DNA of 64,000 nt from Bdellovibrionales bacterium (GTDB lineage: Bacteria > Bdellovibrionota > Bdellovibrionia > Bdellovibrionales > UBA1609). How positions within the stretch are numbered: the first letter of the stretch is position 1; every line of letters begins with the position of its first letter. The stretch is taken from contig DAHVQG010000001.1 in the NCBI GenBank assembly GCA_027317865.1, positions 224,001 through 288,000 of the forward strand, in the 5' to 3' direction. Shown here in pieces: positions 40,714 through 50,766 of the stretch. The position numbers and the translations under genes are program-made. The notes beneath the pieces were generated by a model. It was not told where the DNA came from, searched no databases, and saw only the letters and a list, made by a program, of their open reading frames with translations.

Positions 40714-41244
40714 ATGGCATTGGTGAGAAAGAAAAAGCGGCACATGCTCGAAATGGGGCTCAACATTACCTCCCTCATCGACGTGCTCACGGTTATTTTG
40801 TTTTTTCTTGTTAAAAGTATGAGTGTCACAACAGCAGCCGTTAAACCGCCGCCGGATATACGATTGCCGGCTGCCGTAAGTAATTCGAAGGTAGTCGAAG
40901 CGACGTCGGTCGCGCTTTCACTTCGCGATTTGCGAGTAAATGGCCAGGTCATTCTTACGTTAAAAAATGGTAAGTTTGCGGCGGCGCAATTGAGCCGTGA
41001 CGGGCAAGAAATTAAAGTACTCCAGACGGCTCTGACAAAAGAACGGCAGAAAAAGCTTGCGTTGTTTAAGGGCGTGTCGGGCAAAAAATTTTTAGCTCCT
41101 CGAAAAATTCTAATTCAAGCTGACAAGGATTTGCCGTTTGATACGATAAAATATGTTCTGCACACGGCAGCTGTAGCCGGTTATACTGATTATCAATTTG
41201 TAGTGATTCAAAAGTCTGCGCGCGCACCCGCCTCGACGCCGTAG
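40714..41244 (+). CDS. ExbD/TolR family protein (AglS-like)
   Basis: LNITSLIDVLTVILFF; IQADKDLPF..IK.VL.TA..AGY. Confidence 0.88.
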   Translation: MALVRKKKRHMLEMGLNITSLIDVLTVILFFLVKSMSVTTAAVKPPPDIRLPAAVSNSKVVEATSVALSLRDLRVNGQVILTLKNGKFAAAQLSRDGQEIKVLQTALTKERQKKLALFKGVSGKKFLAPRKILIQADKDLPFDTIKYVLHTAAVAGYTDYQFVVIQKSARAPASTP

Positions 41245-41265
41245 CTGTCAATAATCGGAGGACAA

Positions 41266-43389
41266 ATGAAATCACCAGCGAATAACATCTTACGCCTATT
41301 TGTTTATTGCGGCCTCTTTCTTGGCGTCTTCAGCACAATGAGTTGTGCAACTAAAAAAGTAAATCCAAATGCGGTTCAATCGTATCGTTGGCTAGAAAAA
41401 GTTCACAGTAAAAAAGCACTGGCGTGGGTGAAAGGTCAGGACGCGAAGACGTGGGCGGTGCTTGCGCATGACCCGCGCTATCCAAAAATGTTAAAAGAAG
41501 TGACAGCCCTTTTAACCAACAAAAATCGCATACCCTTTATCGACATGTACAACAATACATATCGCAATTTTTGGGAGGGCAAAAAACACGTTTGGGGGAT
41601 TTGGCGTTGGACAACTGACCGTGAATATAGAAAGAAGCACATTGTTTGGCGAACTCTTCTCGATTTAGATGCGTATAACAAAGCGACGCACAAGCACTGG
41701 GTTTTCGAAGGTTCGAACTGTTTGCCGCCGTCTTACAATGATTGTCTTGTGAGTTTGTCAAATGGTGGCAACGACAAATTTGTAGTTCGTGAATTTAATA
41801 TTGCCAAAGCCAGTTTTGTGAAAAATGGTTTTTTTATCCCGGCAGCGAAAACAACGGTCAATTGGGTGAATCAAAATACGCTTTTAGTCAGCACCGATTG
41901 GGGACCGGGTTCGTTAACTACATCGGGTTATCCGCGTGAGGTACGCGTCTGGAAGCGCGGCGAGCCCCTCAATAAAGCTAAAATAATTTTTCAGGGCAAG
42001 ACGTCGGATGTGGATTCATCGGGATGGACGAGTTTTCATCCCAAGTCCAAAATGGAGTTTGTCGAACGTGACATTACTTTTTATAGAGCGATCGATTATG
42101 TCCTGACCCCGAAGGGTAAGCTAGAAAAAATACCCTTCCCCGAGTCTGCAAATTTTGAAGGTGATTTTCACGGCTTTTTGTTGGCGTCGATACGCCACAC
42201 GTGGGATTTGAATCACAAAAAGATCAAGGCGGGCTCGGTTGTTACATTGCCGATAACCGATATGAATCGCCGTGATTCCGCAAAATATATTAAAATTCTG
42301 TATACCCCCGACAACCGTTCGGCATTCGAACATTTGGCTGCGAACAGAAGTTCGCTCTATTTGACAATCTTGCACGACGTACGTGGTCAAGTGTACCAAG
42401 TGCAGCGCATTGGTAGTCGTTGGGTTTGGCATCGGTTGCCTTTTCCAGACAACGGTATGCCGCACATTTACGACACCACGCCGTTTTCTAATCGGGCACT
42501 CGCTTATTACCAAAGTTTCACTGTGCCGACGTCGCTTTATCTCATTCGCGGGCGCAGTTTAACAAAATTGAAATCACGCCCACCGGAGTACAACGCTCGC
42601 GGAGTTGTAGTGCATCAGTATTGGGCGACAAGTCGAGACGGAACAAAAGTCCCTTACTTTGTCATTGAAAAGGCGGATACAAAATACAACGGTAAAAACC
42701 CGACTTTACTGTACGGTTATGGCGGCTTTGGAATTTCAGAAACGCCGTTTTACCTCGGCTCGATCGGTAAGATTTGGATTGATCATGGCGGAGTGTACGT
42801 ACTGGCAAATATTCGGGGCGGTGGTGAATTTGGCCCCGCCTGGCATGACGCCGCAATTAGACAACATCGAATGAAAGCGTTTCAAGATTTTGCGGCAATC
42901 ACGCGTAATTTGTTTCAACGAAAGATTACTTCGCCTCATCATTTAGCCATCGAAGGCGGCAGTAACGGGGGTTTGCTTGTTGGCGTCGCCTTCACCCGGC
43001 ACCCAAGTTATTATAAAGCGGTGGTTTGTGAATCGGCTTTGTTGGATATGATGAGATATACCAAAATGCCGCCCGGTGCGAGTTGGATTGGTGAATACGG
43101 TAACCCCGCAAACCCGAAAATGGCAAAAATTATTATGAGCTATTCGCCCTATCAAAATGTGAGACCGGGAGTTCATTATCCGAAAGTATTTTTTTACACG
43201 TCGACCAATGACGATCGCGTTCAACCCGGTCACTCGCGTAAAATGGTTGCACGGATGGAGCAATATCATGACTCAGTTTTGCTTTACGAAAACACCGAAG
43301 GCGGTCATGGCGCGGCGGCGAACATTAAAGAAGAAGCTAAACAGCTCGCATTGAAGTACACCTTTCTCTATCAAGAACTGATGAACTGA
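41266..43389 (+). CDS. Prolyl oligopeptidase (S9A), probable lipoprotein
   Basis: YGYGGF, NIRGGGEFG, GGSNGG, DDRV, GGHG; leader ending TMSC. Confidence 0.95.
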   Translation: MKSPANNILRLFVYCGLFLGVFSTMSCATKKVNPNAVQSYRWLEKVHSKKALAWVKGQDAKTWAVLAHDPRYPKMLKEVTALLTNKNRIPFIDMYNNTYRNFWEGKKHVWGIWRWTTDREYRKKHIVWRTLLDLDAYNKATHKHWVFEGSNCLPPSYNDCLVSLSNGGNDKFVVREFNIAKASFVKNGFFIPAAKTTVNWVNQNTLLVSTDWGPGSLTTSGYPREVRVWKRGEPLNKAKIIFQGKTSDVDSSGWTSFHPKSKMEFVERDITFYRAIDYVLTPKGKLEKIPFPESANFEGDFHGFLLASIRHTWDLNHKKIKAGSVVTLPITDMNRRDSAKYIKILYTPDNRSAFEHLAANRSSLYLTILHDVRGQVYQVQRIGSRWVWHRLPFPDNGMPHIYDTTPFSNRALAYYQSFTVPTSLYLIRGRSLTKLKSRPPEYNARGVVVHQYWATSRDGTKVPYFVIEKADTKYNGKNPTLLYGYGGFGISETPFYLGSIGKIWIDHGGVYVLANIRGGGEFGPAWHDAAIRQHRMKAFQDFAAITRNLFQRKITSPHHLAIEGGSNGGLLVGVAFTRHPSYYKAVVCESALLDMMRYTKMPPGASWIGEYGNPANPKMAKIIMSYSPYQNVRPGVHYPKVFFYTSTNDDRVQPGHSRKMVARMEQYHDSVLLYENTEGGHGAAANIKEEAKQLALKYTFLYQELMN

Positions 43390-43398
43390 CAGAAAGTC

Positions 43399-43414
43399 CG
43401 GCACTTATATTGCA
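43399..43414 (+). promoter_or_regulatory. Putative sigma54 promoter
   Basis: CGGCACTTATATTGCA (GG-N10-GC); would give a near-leaderless mRNA for 43427. Confidence 0.5.
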
Positions 43415-43426
43415 AAATATTGTAGA

Positions 43427-44335
43427 ATGGCAAAACCCGCGTGTTTACGCCATTTAGGTATTGCCCTAGTGGCAATTATTGTTAGTTTTTTGCCGTTTTT
43501 TGGCTATGCCGATAATTCACAAGCGCAAAATTATTCATTAATTCACTCCCAAGGGATGGCGGCTCTTGCACGCCTGCAATTCTTAAACGGTTTAAGTAAG
43601 ACGGATCCGCTTAATATTTCACCAAAAGAACTCCGCGAAAAAGTATTGCTCGCATTGGCTGCAAATCAACAGGTTATCGAATATACGGAGCATGAGAAAT
43701 TAACACCGAGTGAGTTGGCAAAATTGGTGTCCATTGAAAAGCGAATTGCTGGTTCGCTCAGTGATAAAATGTTTATTGCACTTACCGACTATAACGATAC
43801 GAAAGATCACAAGGCTAAATTGCGAGCTGAGGCGTTCTGGGCGGCATTTGAAAACTATCTTATGGGGCGGGCAAAGCAAGTTGCGACGGCTCATGAGTTC
43901 CAAGATATACAGCCGGGTACGCGTCGTCGAAAGCGAGTCGGCGCGATAATGGCCATTGCAGCTCGAGATCGTGCGTTTTATTTTAATTTAAATATCTTGT
44001 ACAAGTTTTTTATACAGTTTGATCACCGTTCAATCGAGCTTGATAAAACAAACGGATTTTATCATTTTATTTCGGTAGGATGTGCAGCCGGCGTTCTGGC
44101 GTCTGGCTATTTGAGTTGTTATACTCATGACCCGACTGCCGCGGCTGTTCTGGCGCCATTTTTGGGCGTAGTTTACACGGGGTACACTTACAGCCAAAGT
44201 AATGCTCAGCGCCCGGCCTATGGGTTTTTGTATAAAAAGCGGAGTTATTTTTTCAGTCAAATTATACCGGTAAACAAAGTCGCTGAGTTTAAAAGTTTGG
44301 GCGGCAATTGTGCCGCCCTTCTAAATACACAATAG
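43427..44335 (+). CDS. Exported hypothetical protein with C-terminal hydrophobic hairpin
   Basis: Signal peptide; two late hydrophobic helices; terminal CAALL. Confidence 0.65.
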   Translation: MAKPACLRHLGIALVAIIVSFLPFFGYADNSQAQNYSLIHSQGMAALARLQFLNGLSKTDPLNISPKELREKVLLALAANQQVIEYTEHEKLTPSELAKLVSIEKRIAGSLSDKMFIALTDYNDTKDHKAKLRAEAFWAAFENYLMGRAKQVATAHEFQDIQPGTRRRKRVGAIMAIAARDRAFYFNLNILYKFFIQFDHRSIELDKTNGFYHFISVGCAAGVLASGYLSCYTHDPTAAAVLAPFLGVVYTGYTYSQSNAQRPAYGFLYKKRSYFFSQIIPVNKVAEFKSLGGNCAALLNTQ

Positions 44336-44349
44336 TCTACAGTCTGTTG

Positions 44350-44877
44350 CTAAGCTTGTTTTACAAATTGGATGTCGAGAGAAATGTTCACGTCATCGCC
44401 CACAAGAACGCCTCCCGTTTCTAAAGCTGCATTCCAAGTCAGACCAAAGTCTTTGCGTTTAATTTTGGTTGTTCCCGATACGGCCATTTTGATGTTGCCC
44501 CACGGATCTTTGACCTCTTCGCTTGGGCTCTCCATTTCAAGCGTGACTTGTTTCGAAACTCCATGAATCGCAAGATCACCTATCACTTTAAAGCCATCGC
44601 CTGATTTTTCAAGTTTCTGCGATTTAAAGGTGATGAAAGGATATTTTTCGACGTCGAAGAAATCCGCACTCTTTAGATGGGCATCGCGCTTTTCTTCGCG
44701 TGAGTTAATACTGTTGGCTTCAATTTTGACGTCGATGTTGAATTTGCCTGGGTTGGCCGGATCAAAAACCAACGTACCGCTCATTTTTTCAAAACCACCG
44801 TGTACTTTCGCAATCATCATGTGTTTGACGCTAAAAGATGCGCTCGAGTGCGATGGATCAATTTGATATTTGCTCAT
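44350..44877 (-). CDS. YceI family protein
   Basis: IDPSHS, RDAHLKSADFFDV, RKDFGL. Confidence 0.93.
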   Translation of the reverse strand: MSKYQIDPSHSSASFSVKHMMIAKVHGGFEKMSGTLVFDPANPGKFNIDVKIEANSINSREEKRDAHLKSADFFDVEKYPFITFKSQKLEKSGDGFKVIGDLAIHGVSKQVTLEMESPSEEVKDPWGNIKMAVSGTTKIKRKDFGLTWNAALETGGVLVGDDVNISLDIQFVKQA

Positions 44878-44989
44878 GTGGCCTCCTTATTGGCTATCGC
44901 TATGTTTCATATACATTATCGGTGTTTTTGATTTTATATTAGATGGATTAATATAGAAATACTTTTCAATGTAATGCATAATAAAACCG

Positions 44990-45901
44990 GTGGATCTCAA
45001 TGAAATTGTAATATTCATTAAAGTTGTACAGGCGGGCAGTTTCACAGAAGCGGCAAAGCAGTTGGCTATGCCGAATTCAACTGTTAGCAGCAAAATCTCG
45101 TCGCTTGAAAAGAGACTCGGTACAACCCTCATTCGACGGACCACGCGCCGTTTAAGTATTACACCAGCCGGAGACGCCTACTTTAAAAAATGTTTAACCG
45201 GATTTGAAGAAATTAAATCCGGCGAAGACGAAATCGTGGCCATTCAAAGTGAGCCACATGGGCTATTGCGCATAACGGCTCCGGTGGAGCTGGGGTCAAA
45301 CGTATTGCCCTCCGTGGTTGCCGACTATTCCCGGCGTTATCCAAAAGTTTCTGTTGAAGTCATTTTAACCGATCGGCGGGTTGAGTTGCTTGCAGAAAAT
45401 GTCGATTTAGCTGTTCGCGCCGGGCGCATGAAAGACTCCAGTCTTATAGTTAAAAAATTGGGTCAATCCATTTTTGTCCCTTTTGCATCACCCAAGTACC
45501 TCAAACGAGCCGGCAAAATTGAGCACCCACGCGATTTGCGCCAGCATGATTGCTTACACTTTACCCCACTTGGCTCCGAAATGTGGCAGTTAGTCGGATC
45601 GCATGGCACCCTTCATATTTTGGTGCCCGGCCGAGTTGTGATCAATGACCTCAATATGATCAAAAGTTTAGCCGTTTCAGGCGCGGGTATTGCGCTTTTG
45701 CCCCCGTATATTTGCCGCAATGAATTGGCGTCAAATAAACTTGTACCGGTTTTGCCGGGATGGACAACGGTACCATCGCCAGTTCATTTCGTATACCCAG
45801 CGCAAAGATTCGTAAGCGCAAAACTCAGCGCTTTTGTCGCCCTTGCGACTGATCCGATTCGCGAGGCATTGGCAATTAGCGATTCAGTTTGCGGTAGGTG
45901 A
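44990..45901 (+). CDS. LysR family regulator
   Basis: GSFTEAA..L...S.VS..LE..LG..L..RTTR; divergent from yceI. Confidence 0.95.
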   Translation: MDLNEIVIFIKVVQAGSFTEAAKQLAMPNSTVSSKISSLEKRLGTTLIRRTTRRLSITPAGDAYFKKCLTGFEEIKSGEDEIVAIQSEPHGLLRITAPVELGSNVLPSVVADYSRRYPKVSVEVILTDRRVELLAENVDLAVRAGRMKDSSLIVKKLGQSIFVPFASPKYLKRAGKIEHPRDLRQHDCLHFTPLGSEMWQLVGSHGTLHILVPGRVVINDLNMIKSLAVSGAGIALLPPYICRNELASNKLVPVLPGWTTVPSPVHFVYPAQRFVSAKLSAFVALATDPIREALAISDSVCGR

Positions 45902-47420
45902 GCCGGTAAAGCGGAATAAAAACTAACGCGATAATTACCATCATGACGTACATGATTTGCAAGAACGTCAGCATAAATGATTGGTTGAGTACGCGAAATC
46001 GCAGAACTTCAAGCGTGGCGCGGTTAAACGCGGACCAACCAACGAGACGGCTCATACGTGATGCGAGCATTTCCTTTGTTTGAAAATACGCACTTCGTCC
46101 CGCCATGCTCAGCAATGAAACATGCGATGCCAAGTTCGAATAGTTTTGCCGCATGCGCGACGACATGAGCGTGGCAATAAAAGCGATACCCATGCTGCCG
46201 CCGACTTGCCGAAAAAAGTTGAGAAGGCCGGCGACTTCACCCATTTCTGGTGAAACGAATTGGCTAAGAATTGAGGAGTTGATTGGAACAAACAAAAACG
46301 CAAGGGCGAAACCGCGAACAAACAGCATGATGAGCATATCCCATTCGGATGTCATTGGCGAAAATTGCGTGATGAGTAACAGGCAGATCTCGAGCGAAAA
46401 GAATCCGATGAAAATTAAAATTTTAGGATTGACTCGCGCGCGCATCATGCGGCCGACAAAGGGCATTATCGCCATTGTTAACAATGAGCCGGGAATAAAT
46501 AGCACGCCGATTTGAGTGGCATCGTAATGAAAGGCACGAGTGAGAAATACGGGTAAGATAAATACAAGGCCGTAAAGAAAAAATCCAAGAAGCCCCGAAA
46601 GAAAAACCCCATTGTGCACTGTGGAGTGTTTGAATAACCGAATATTGATTATGGGGTGCTTTGCGCGCCACTCCCACCACACAAAAACGGGGATACTGAT
46701 GGCGGAGACGATGGCGCATATCACGATTCTTGTTGACGAAAACCAATCGTCGGCTTGACCGCGCTCAAGTAAAAACTGTAAGCAGCCGATGCCGGCAATC
46801 AATAGAGCCAGGCCAATGGAATCGAGTGCGCCCGGTTCACGTTTTGAGCCTTTTTGTTCGCGGTCAAAAATACAGGTTAGACCGACAAAAAATGCCATAA
46901 TTCCGAGCGGCAAATTAATATTAAAAATCGCGCGCCAGCCAAAGGTATCGGTCAAATACCCGCCAAGTACGGGCCCCAACGCGGGGCCGACCGAAACGCT
47001 CATGCCAAAAATTGCGGCGGCGATGCCGGCGTCTTCGACCGGAAATTGTTCAAAAATCAAAGTCTGCGATGTCGGCAAAAGCGCTCCACCAGCCAAGCCC
47101 TGAAAGATTCGAAAAATGACCAGCAAAATGAGATTTGGTGCGAGCCCGCAAGCAACAGATGCGGCGGTAAAAATCAAAATGCAGCCGAGAAAATAGCGCC
47201 GGCGCCCGAATCGTTCACCAAGCCAAGCTGAAGCCGGTAAAACAATTGCGTTGGCAATGGCATAGCCCGCCACCACCATGCTGATTTCACCAAGCGTAGC
47301 GCCGAGGTTGCCCATCATATCGGGGAGCGCAACGTTGACAATCGAGACGTCGATAATTTCAAGAAGTGACGCCACGATGGCCACAAACACGATGAGTTTC
47401 GATTGGCGGCTTAAACCCAT
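45876..47420 (-). CDS. DHA2 MFS efflux permease (EmrB-like)
   Basis: IVNVALP, RFGRRR, GPALGPVLGG, WRAIFNINLP. Confidence 0.93.
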   Translation of the reverse strand: MGLSRQSKLIVFVAIVASLLEIIDVSIVNVALPDMMGNLGATLGEISMVVAGYAIANAIVLPASAWLGERFGRRRYFLGCILIFTAASVACGLAPNLILLVIFRIFQGLAGGALLPTSQTLIFEQFPVEDAGIAAAIFGMSVSVGPALGPVLGGYLTDTFGWRAIFNINLPLGIMAFFVGLTCIFDREQKGSKREPGALDSIGLALLIAGIGCLQFLLERGQADDWFSSTRIVICAIVSAISIPVFVWWEWRAKHPIINIRLFKHSTVHNGVFLSGLLGFFLYGLVFILPVFLTRAFHYDATQIGVLFIPGSLLTMAIMPFVGRMMRARVNPKILIFIGFFSLEICLLLITQFSPMTSEWDMLIMLFVRGFALAFLFVPINSSILSQFVSPEMGEVAGLLNFFRQVGGSMGIAFIATLMSSRMRQNYSNLASHVSLLSMAGRSAYFQTKEMLASRMSRLVGWSAFNRATLEVLRFRVLNQSFMLTFLQIMYVMMVIIALVFIPLYRLTYRKLNR

Positions 47421-47433
47421 ACGATTTGATCCA

Positions 47434-48282
47434 CTAATGTTTATGTACTTTTACGTCCGCTGAAAGTCCGACACGCAATTCGTCAATTTCGTGGCTTGTG
47501 AGGTTTGGCAATTCGATTCTAACGGGCACTCGTTGCACGACTTTCGTGAAATTTCCGGTTGCATTATCCGGTGGCAAAAGACTAAACGTTGCTCCTGTGG
47601 CGGAACTTATAGATTCGACTCGGCCTTCAAAATTTTGCGACGGAACGGCGTCGACGGAGATGTCGGTTTTGGCTCCAATATGAATCCCCGCCAGATCTGT
47701 CTCTTTAAAATTTGCAATGATCCATCGGTCGGCAGAAGAAACAAAACCGATAAGCGGTACTCCGGGGCTGGCTAACTGGCCGACCTCAACCGAAGTTCTA
47801 GCGATCTCTCCGTTTTCTGGTGCGACTATTTGTGTGTCTTCTAAATTTAATTGCGCTTGCGCGACCCTTGCTGAAATGGTTTGTAATTTCGCTTTCGTAC
47901 TCAGATACATTGTCGAAGCAATATCGTATTGTTGGCGAGATGCGGCCCCATTCTTAAACAATTCAGACAAACGGTCAAAATTTCGCTTCGCCTGTTGTTC
48001 GTTCGCTTGAATACTGCTGAGTTCACCTTGGGCCTGAGCCAATGCGTTTTTATAATCGCGATCGTCGATTTGTACGAGCAATTGCCCCTTCTGCACTTTT
48101 TGCCCTTCGATAACGAAAACAGCCTTTACAAAACCGCCAACTTTAGGGGCGAGTAATACCGCGTGCCCCTCAACTTGCGCGTCGTCGGTTGCGGCGTACA
48201 TTATTTCTTGATAACCGAAATAAATAATAATTATTGATAAAAGCACGCCAAGGGCGATAAATATCCGCTTACGTTTGTTCAT
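47434..48282 (-). CDS. HlyD/EmrA-like adaptor
   Basis: TDDAQV; GATFSLLPPDNATGNFTKVVQRVPV. Confidence 0.93.
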   Translation of the reverse strand: MNKRKRIFIALGVLLSIIIIYFGYQEIMYAATDDAQVEGHAVLLAPKVGGFVKAVFVIEGQKVQKGQLLVQIDDRDYKNALAQAQGELSSIQANEQQAKRNFDRLSELFKNGAASRQQYDIASTMYLSTKAKLQTISARVAQAQLNLEDTQIVAPENGEIARTSVEVGQLASPGVPLIGFVSSADRWIIANFKETDLAGIHIGAKTDISVDAVPSQNFEGRVESISSATGATFSLLPPDNATGNFTKVVQRVPVRIELPNLTSHEIDELRVGLSADVKVHKH

Positions 48283-48939
48283 AGTACAAGCATATATTGT
48301 GAATCGGGTCGGGGACAAATGAATCTGAATTTCGCTTGCAGCGATGTGGAGTTTTTTGGCTCGACATGATAACTCAGGGTACACTCCATTCGGTAAGAGT
48401 GGCGATTTCGTCAACCGCGCTTAACGTTTTTGACCTCCGTTGGCAGTTGATTCTTGACTTTTCTTGGAATTTTTTAGCTTTGCACGCTTGAGTCAGATTG
48501 TGGTACTTCGGTTTAAAATCCCGCCATCCAACCTGCGTTTGGGGCAAAATCGTTAAATCCAAAGTCGCGATAGAGTGATTCCGAATCAACGTTTTTAAAA
48601 GCCACTTCAAGCCGGTTGGTTTTGGCTGATTAAGCAACGGTTCAATTTGACGTCATGGTACTTGCCTAAGCAAAACGAATTACGAATACTCTTTTCGACA
48701 GTTGCAAGGCATATGACACTCTGCCCGAAGTTCCCATAGATAATAACATTTCAATCGTGGCTTCGAGCTTATCGGCGGATTGAATTGCGCAAAAATTTGC
48801 AATTGATTCCAATTTCTGAGATTGGTTCGAGGTACGTAAGCGCATCTCTGCCGCGTAATTCAATATACTTCATGATTGAACCATATTTGACGAGTGGGCC
48901 ATTTGTCAGCCGAAATTTGTGTTTTTGTCTGAGTTAGGC

Positions 48940-50766
48940 TCATTCAATAATAATCGGAATTTGGTTCGCCATGGTCTTCGGAATTATTTTTATTCCCAGT
49001 CGAGCCGACCGATCACGAATCGCAGCTTCTTCATAGTGACTTGTAACCATAAACGACCGGCTAGCGATATTGAGACTCTCGATTAGATCTATTCCGGTTT
49101 CTTTTGCGCCCAAAAATTCATAGTCGATGAGGAACAAGTCGGCTTGTCGAGCGTCTTCTGCGCACCAGATTCGGAATTTATGCGGCGAGGTAAAATTTAT
49201 AATTCGAATACTATTGCCACCATTGGAATTTCGAATTCTGTCCTGCCAAATGTTATGAATGCTTGTATCGTCGTCGACCACAACTATGGTGCCCTCGGAT
49301 TTAATAGCAATCCGATCGACAAACCAGCTTGGTGAATTCGCGCGCGGAAGAGTAATCGTGACGATGGTGCCTTGTCCGATTTTGCTATCGAATCTAATAG
49401 ATCCACCCATCGCTTCAATTGCGCCTTTTGCGTGCAAAACGCCTAACCCTGAGCCGCTTTGCGATTGTTCTTTTCCCCATGTGATACTTTTTTTACCTAA
49501 TACGGATAACACCTCATAAGGCATTCCCTTGCCGTTATCCTGAATGGCAATCACGATTTCATTTTTGTAGATTCTTAGCCGCACGCTTATTTCGCCAACC
49601 TCGTCGATTGCCTCGACGGCATTGTTGATTAGGTTAGACAGAACACGTTTCAACTCAACAGCGTCAATGTTTGCAAACGCATCGTAGGCGTTTTGAAAGT
49701 CGGTGGTGATATTGATTTTGAATTTTTCACGAAACTGCGTGCGCTTTTCAGAAACTAAACCGTCGATGATAGCCGGGATCAGTTCAACCGTAACATGGCC
49801 ACTCAATTTCTTCTGGCTAACAAGTGTATTTGCAATGTCTTGGATTCTATTTACGGAATTTCGGATTAATACACGTTTATCTTCAGAAATGTTTTCTAAG
49901 CCTGTAAGAGCCAAATTCAGGGCCGAAAGTGGCGATCGAATATCATGCGACACTTGCCGAGCGAGCTCCGCCGTTGCAACAGCCCTCTGCTTTTCAACGA
50001 CTGCTTTGTTGGACTGCTCGACACTTTGAATATACGGCACAAGAATGCGGTCAAAGAGAAGACGTATACCAATAAATAGCGCACCAAAAAGAAGAATGGA
50101 AATCGCGGTGATATAATACAATACGGATTTTGACGTCGATTTTTCGGTCCGTAGTTTAATAGAAATTCCTTGAATGTCGTCCGAAGATCTTGGTAATGCC
50201 AGCAGGGTTGTTACGCTTGGCACGCGCGATAAGAACTTTGCTTTATTGATTTCGACAAGTAATAAACCTTGGGGGATTGCCGAGGGACTGCTTTGGGCCT
50301 GGTCGTCAAATAATAATTCTTTAAAGTAGTAGATATATGGCGCGCCAGTTTCATAGGCGAAATGCGTTCCGGCTTCAACGGGAGGCAATGGCGTGCCGTT
50401 GAGGTTGAAAAGAACAGCTCCAGAATTTTTGAGGATGGCGACGTTCGAGATTTCATGAAGCCTTTGTATCATCCCCAACATTTTGCCTATAAGTAGAATC
50501 TGAGTATATTTGCGCAGCTGTACGGGTGAGCGTATATAACTTGAGATTTCCGAGCTTTGCTCTAGAACCTCAGCAAAAGATTCAATTTGATTCATCTGCA
50601 ACGACAACGCGTACTGAGCCTGTTGCTTGGCGTTGGATTGTAATCTTGCAAGTTGCAAATGCTGCTGCTCGACATTTTTTAAGAGCAAAACCAGAGACAC
50701 GGCGGTCGGGATAAGGGCCGTAAAAACCAGTACAACTAAAATGTCCTTTCTGAGTCTACTTTTCAT
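48940..50766 (-). CDS. Hybrid sensor histidine kinase with C-terminal receiver
   Basis: Two TMs; QVSHDIRSPL, NLINNA, DNGKG, GSGLG; receiver VVDDD..LIDY..PK. Confidence 0.92.
   Translation of the reverse strand: MKSRLRKDILVVLVFTALIPTAVSLVLLLKNVEQQHLQLARLQSNAKQQAQYALSLQMNQIESFAEVLEQSSEISSYIRSPVQLRKYTQILLIGKMLGMIQRLHEISNVAILKNSGAVLFNLNGTPLPPVEAGTHFAYETGAPYIYYFKELLFDDQAQSSPSAIPQGLLLVEINKAKFLSRVPSVTTLLALPRSSDDIQGISIKLRTEKSTSKSVLYYITAISILLFGALFIGIRLLFDRILVPYIQSVEQSNKAVVEKQRAVATAELARQVSHDIRSPLSALNLALTGLENISEDKRVLIRNSVNRIQDIANTLVSQKKLSGHVTVELIPAIIDGLVSEKRTQFREKFKINITTDFQNAYDAFANIDAVELKRVLSNLINNAVEAIDEVGEISVRLRIYKNEIVIAIQDNGKGMPYEVLSVLGKKSITWGKEQSQSGSGLGVLHAKGAIEAMGGSIRFDSKIGQGTIVTITLPRANSPSWFVDRIAIKSEGTIVVVDDDTSIHNIWQDRIRNSNGGNSIRIINFTSPHKFRIWCAEDARQADLFLIDYEFLGAKETGIDLIESLNIASRSFMVTSHYEEAAIRDRSARLGIKIIPKTMANQIPIIIE

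Noticed and set aside
48283-48939. Possible decayed gene (short minus-strand ORFs, faint GNAT-like words)
   Set aside because: Fragments are in different frames with no convincing motif; needs a translated search
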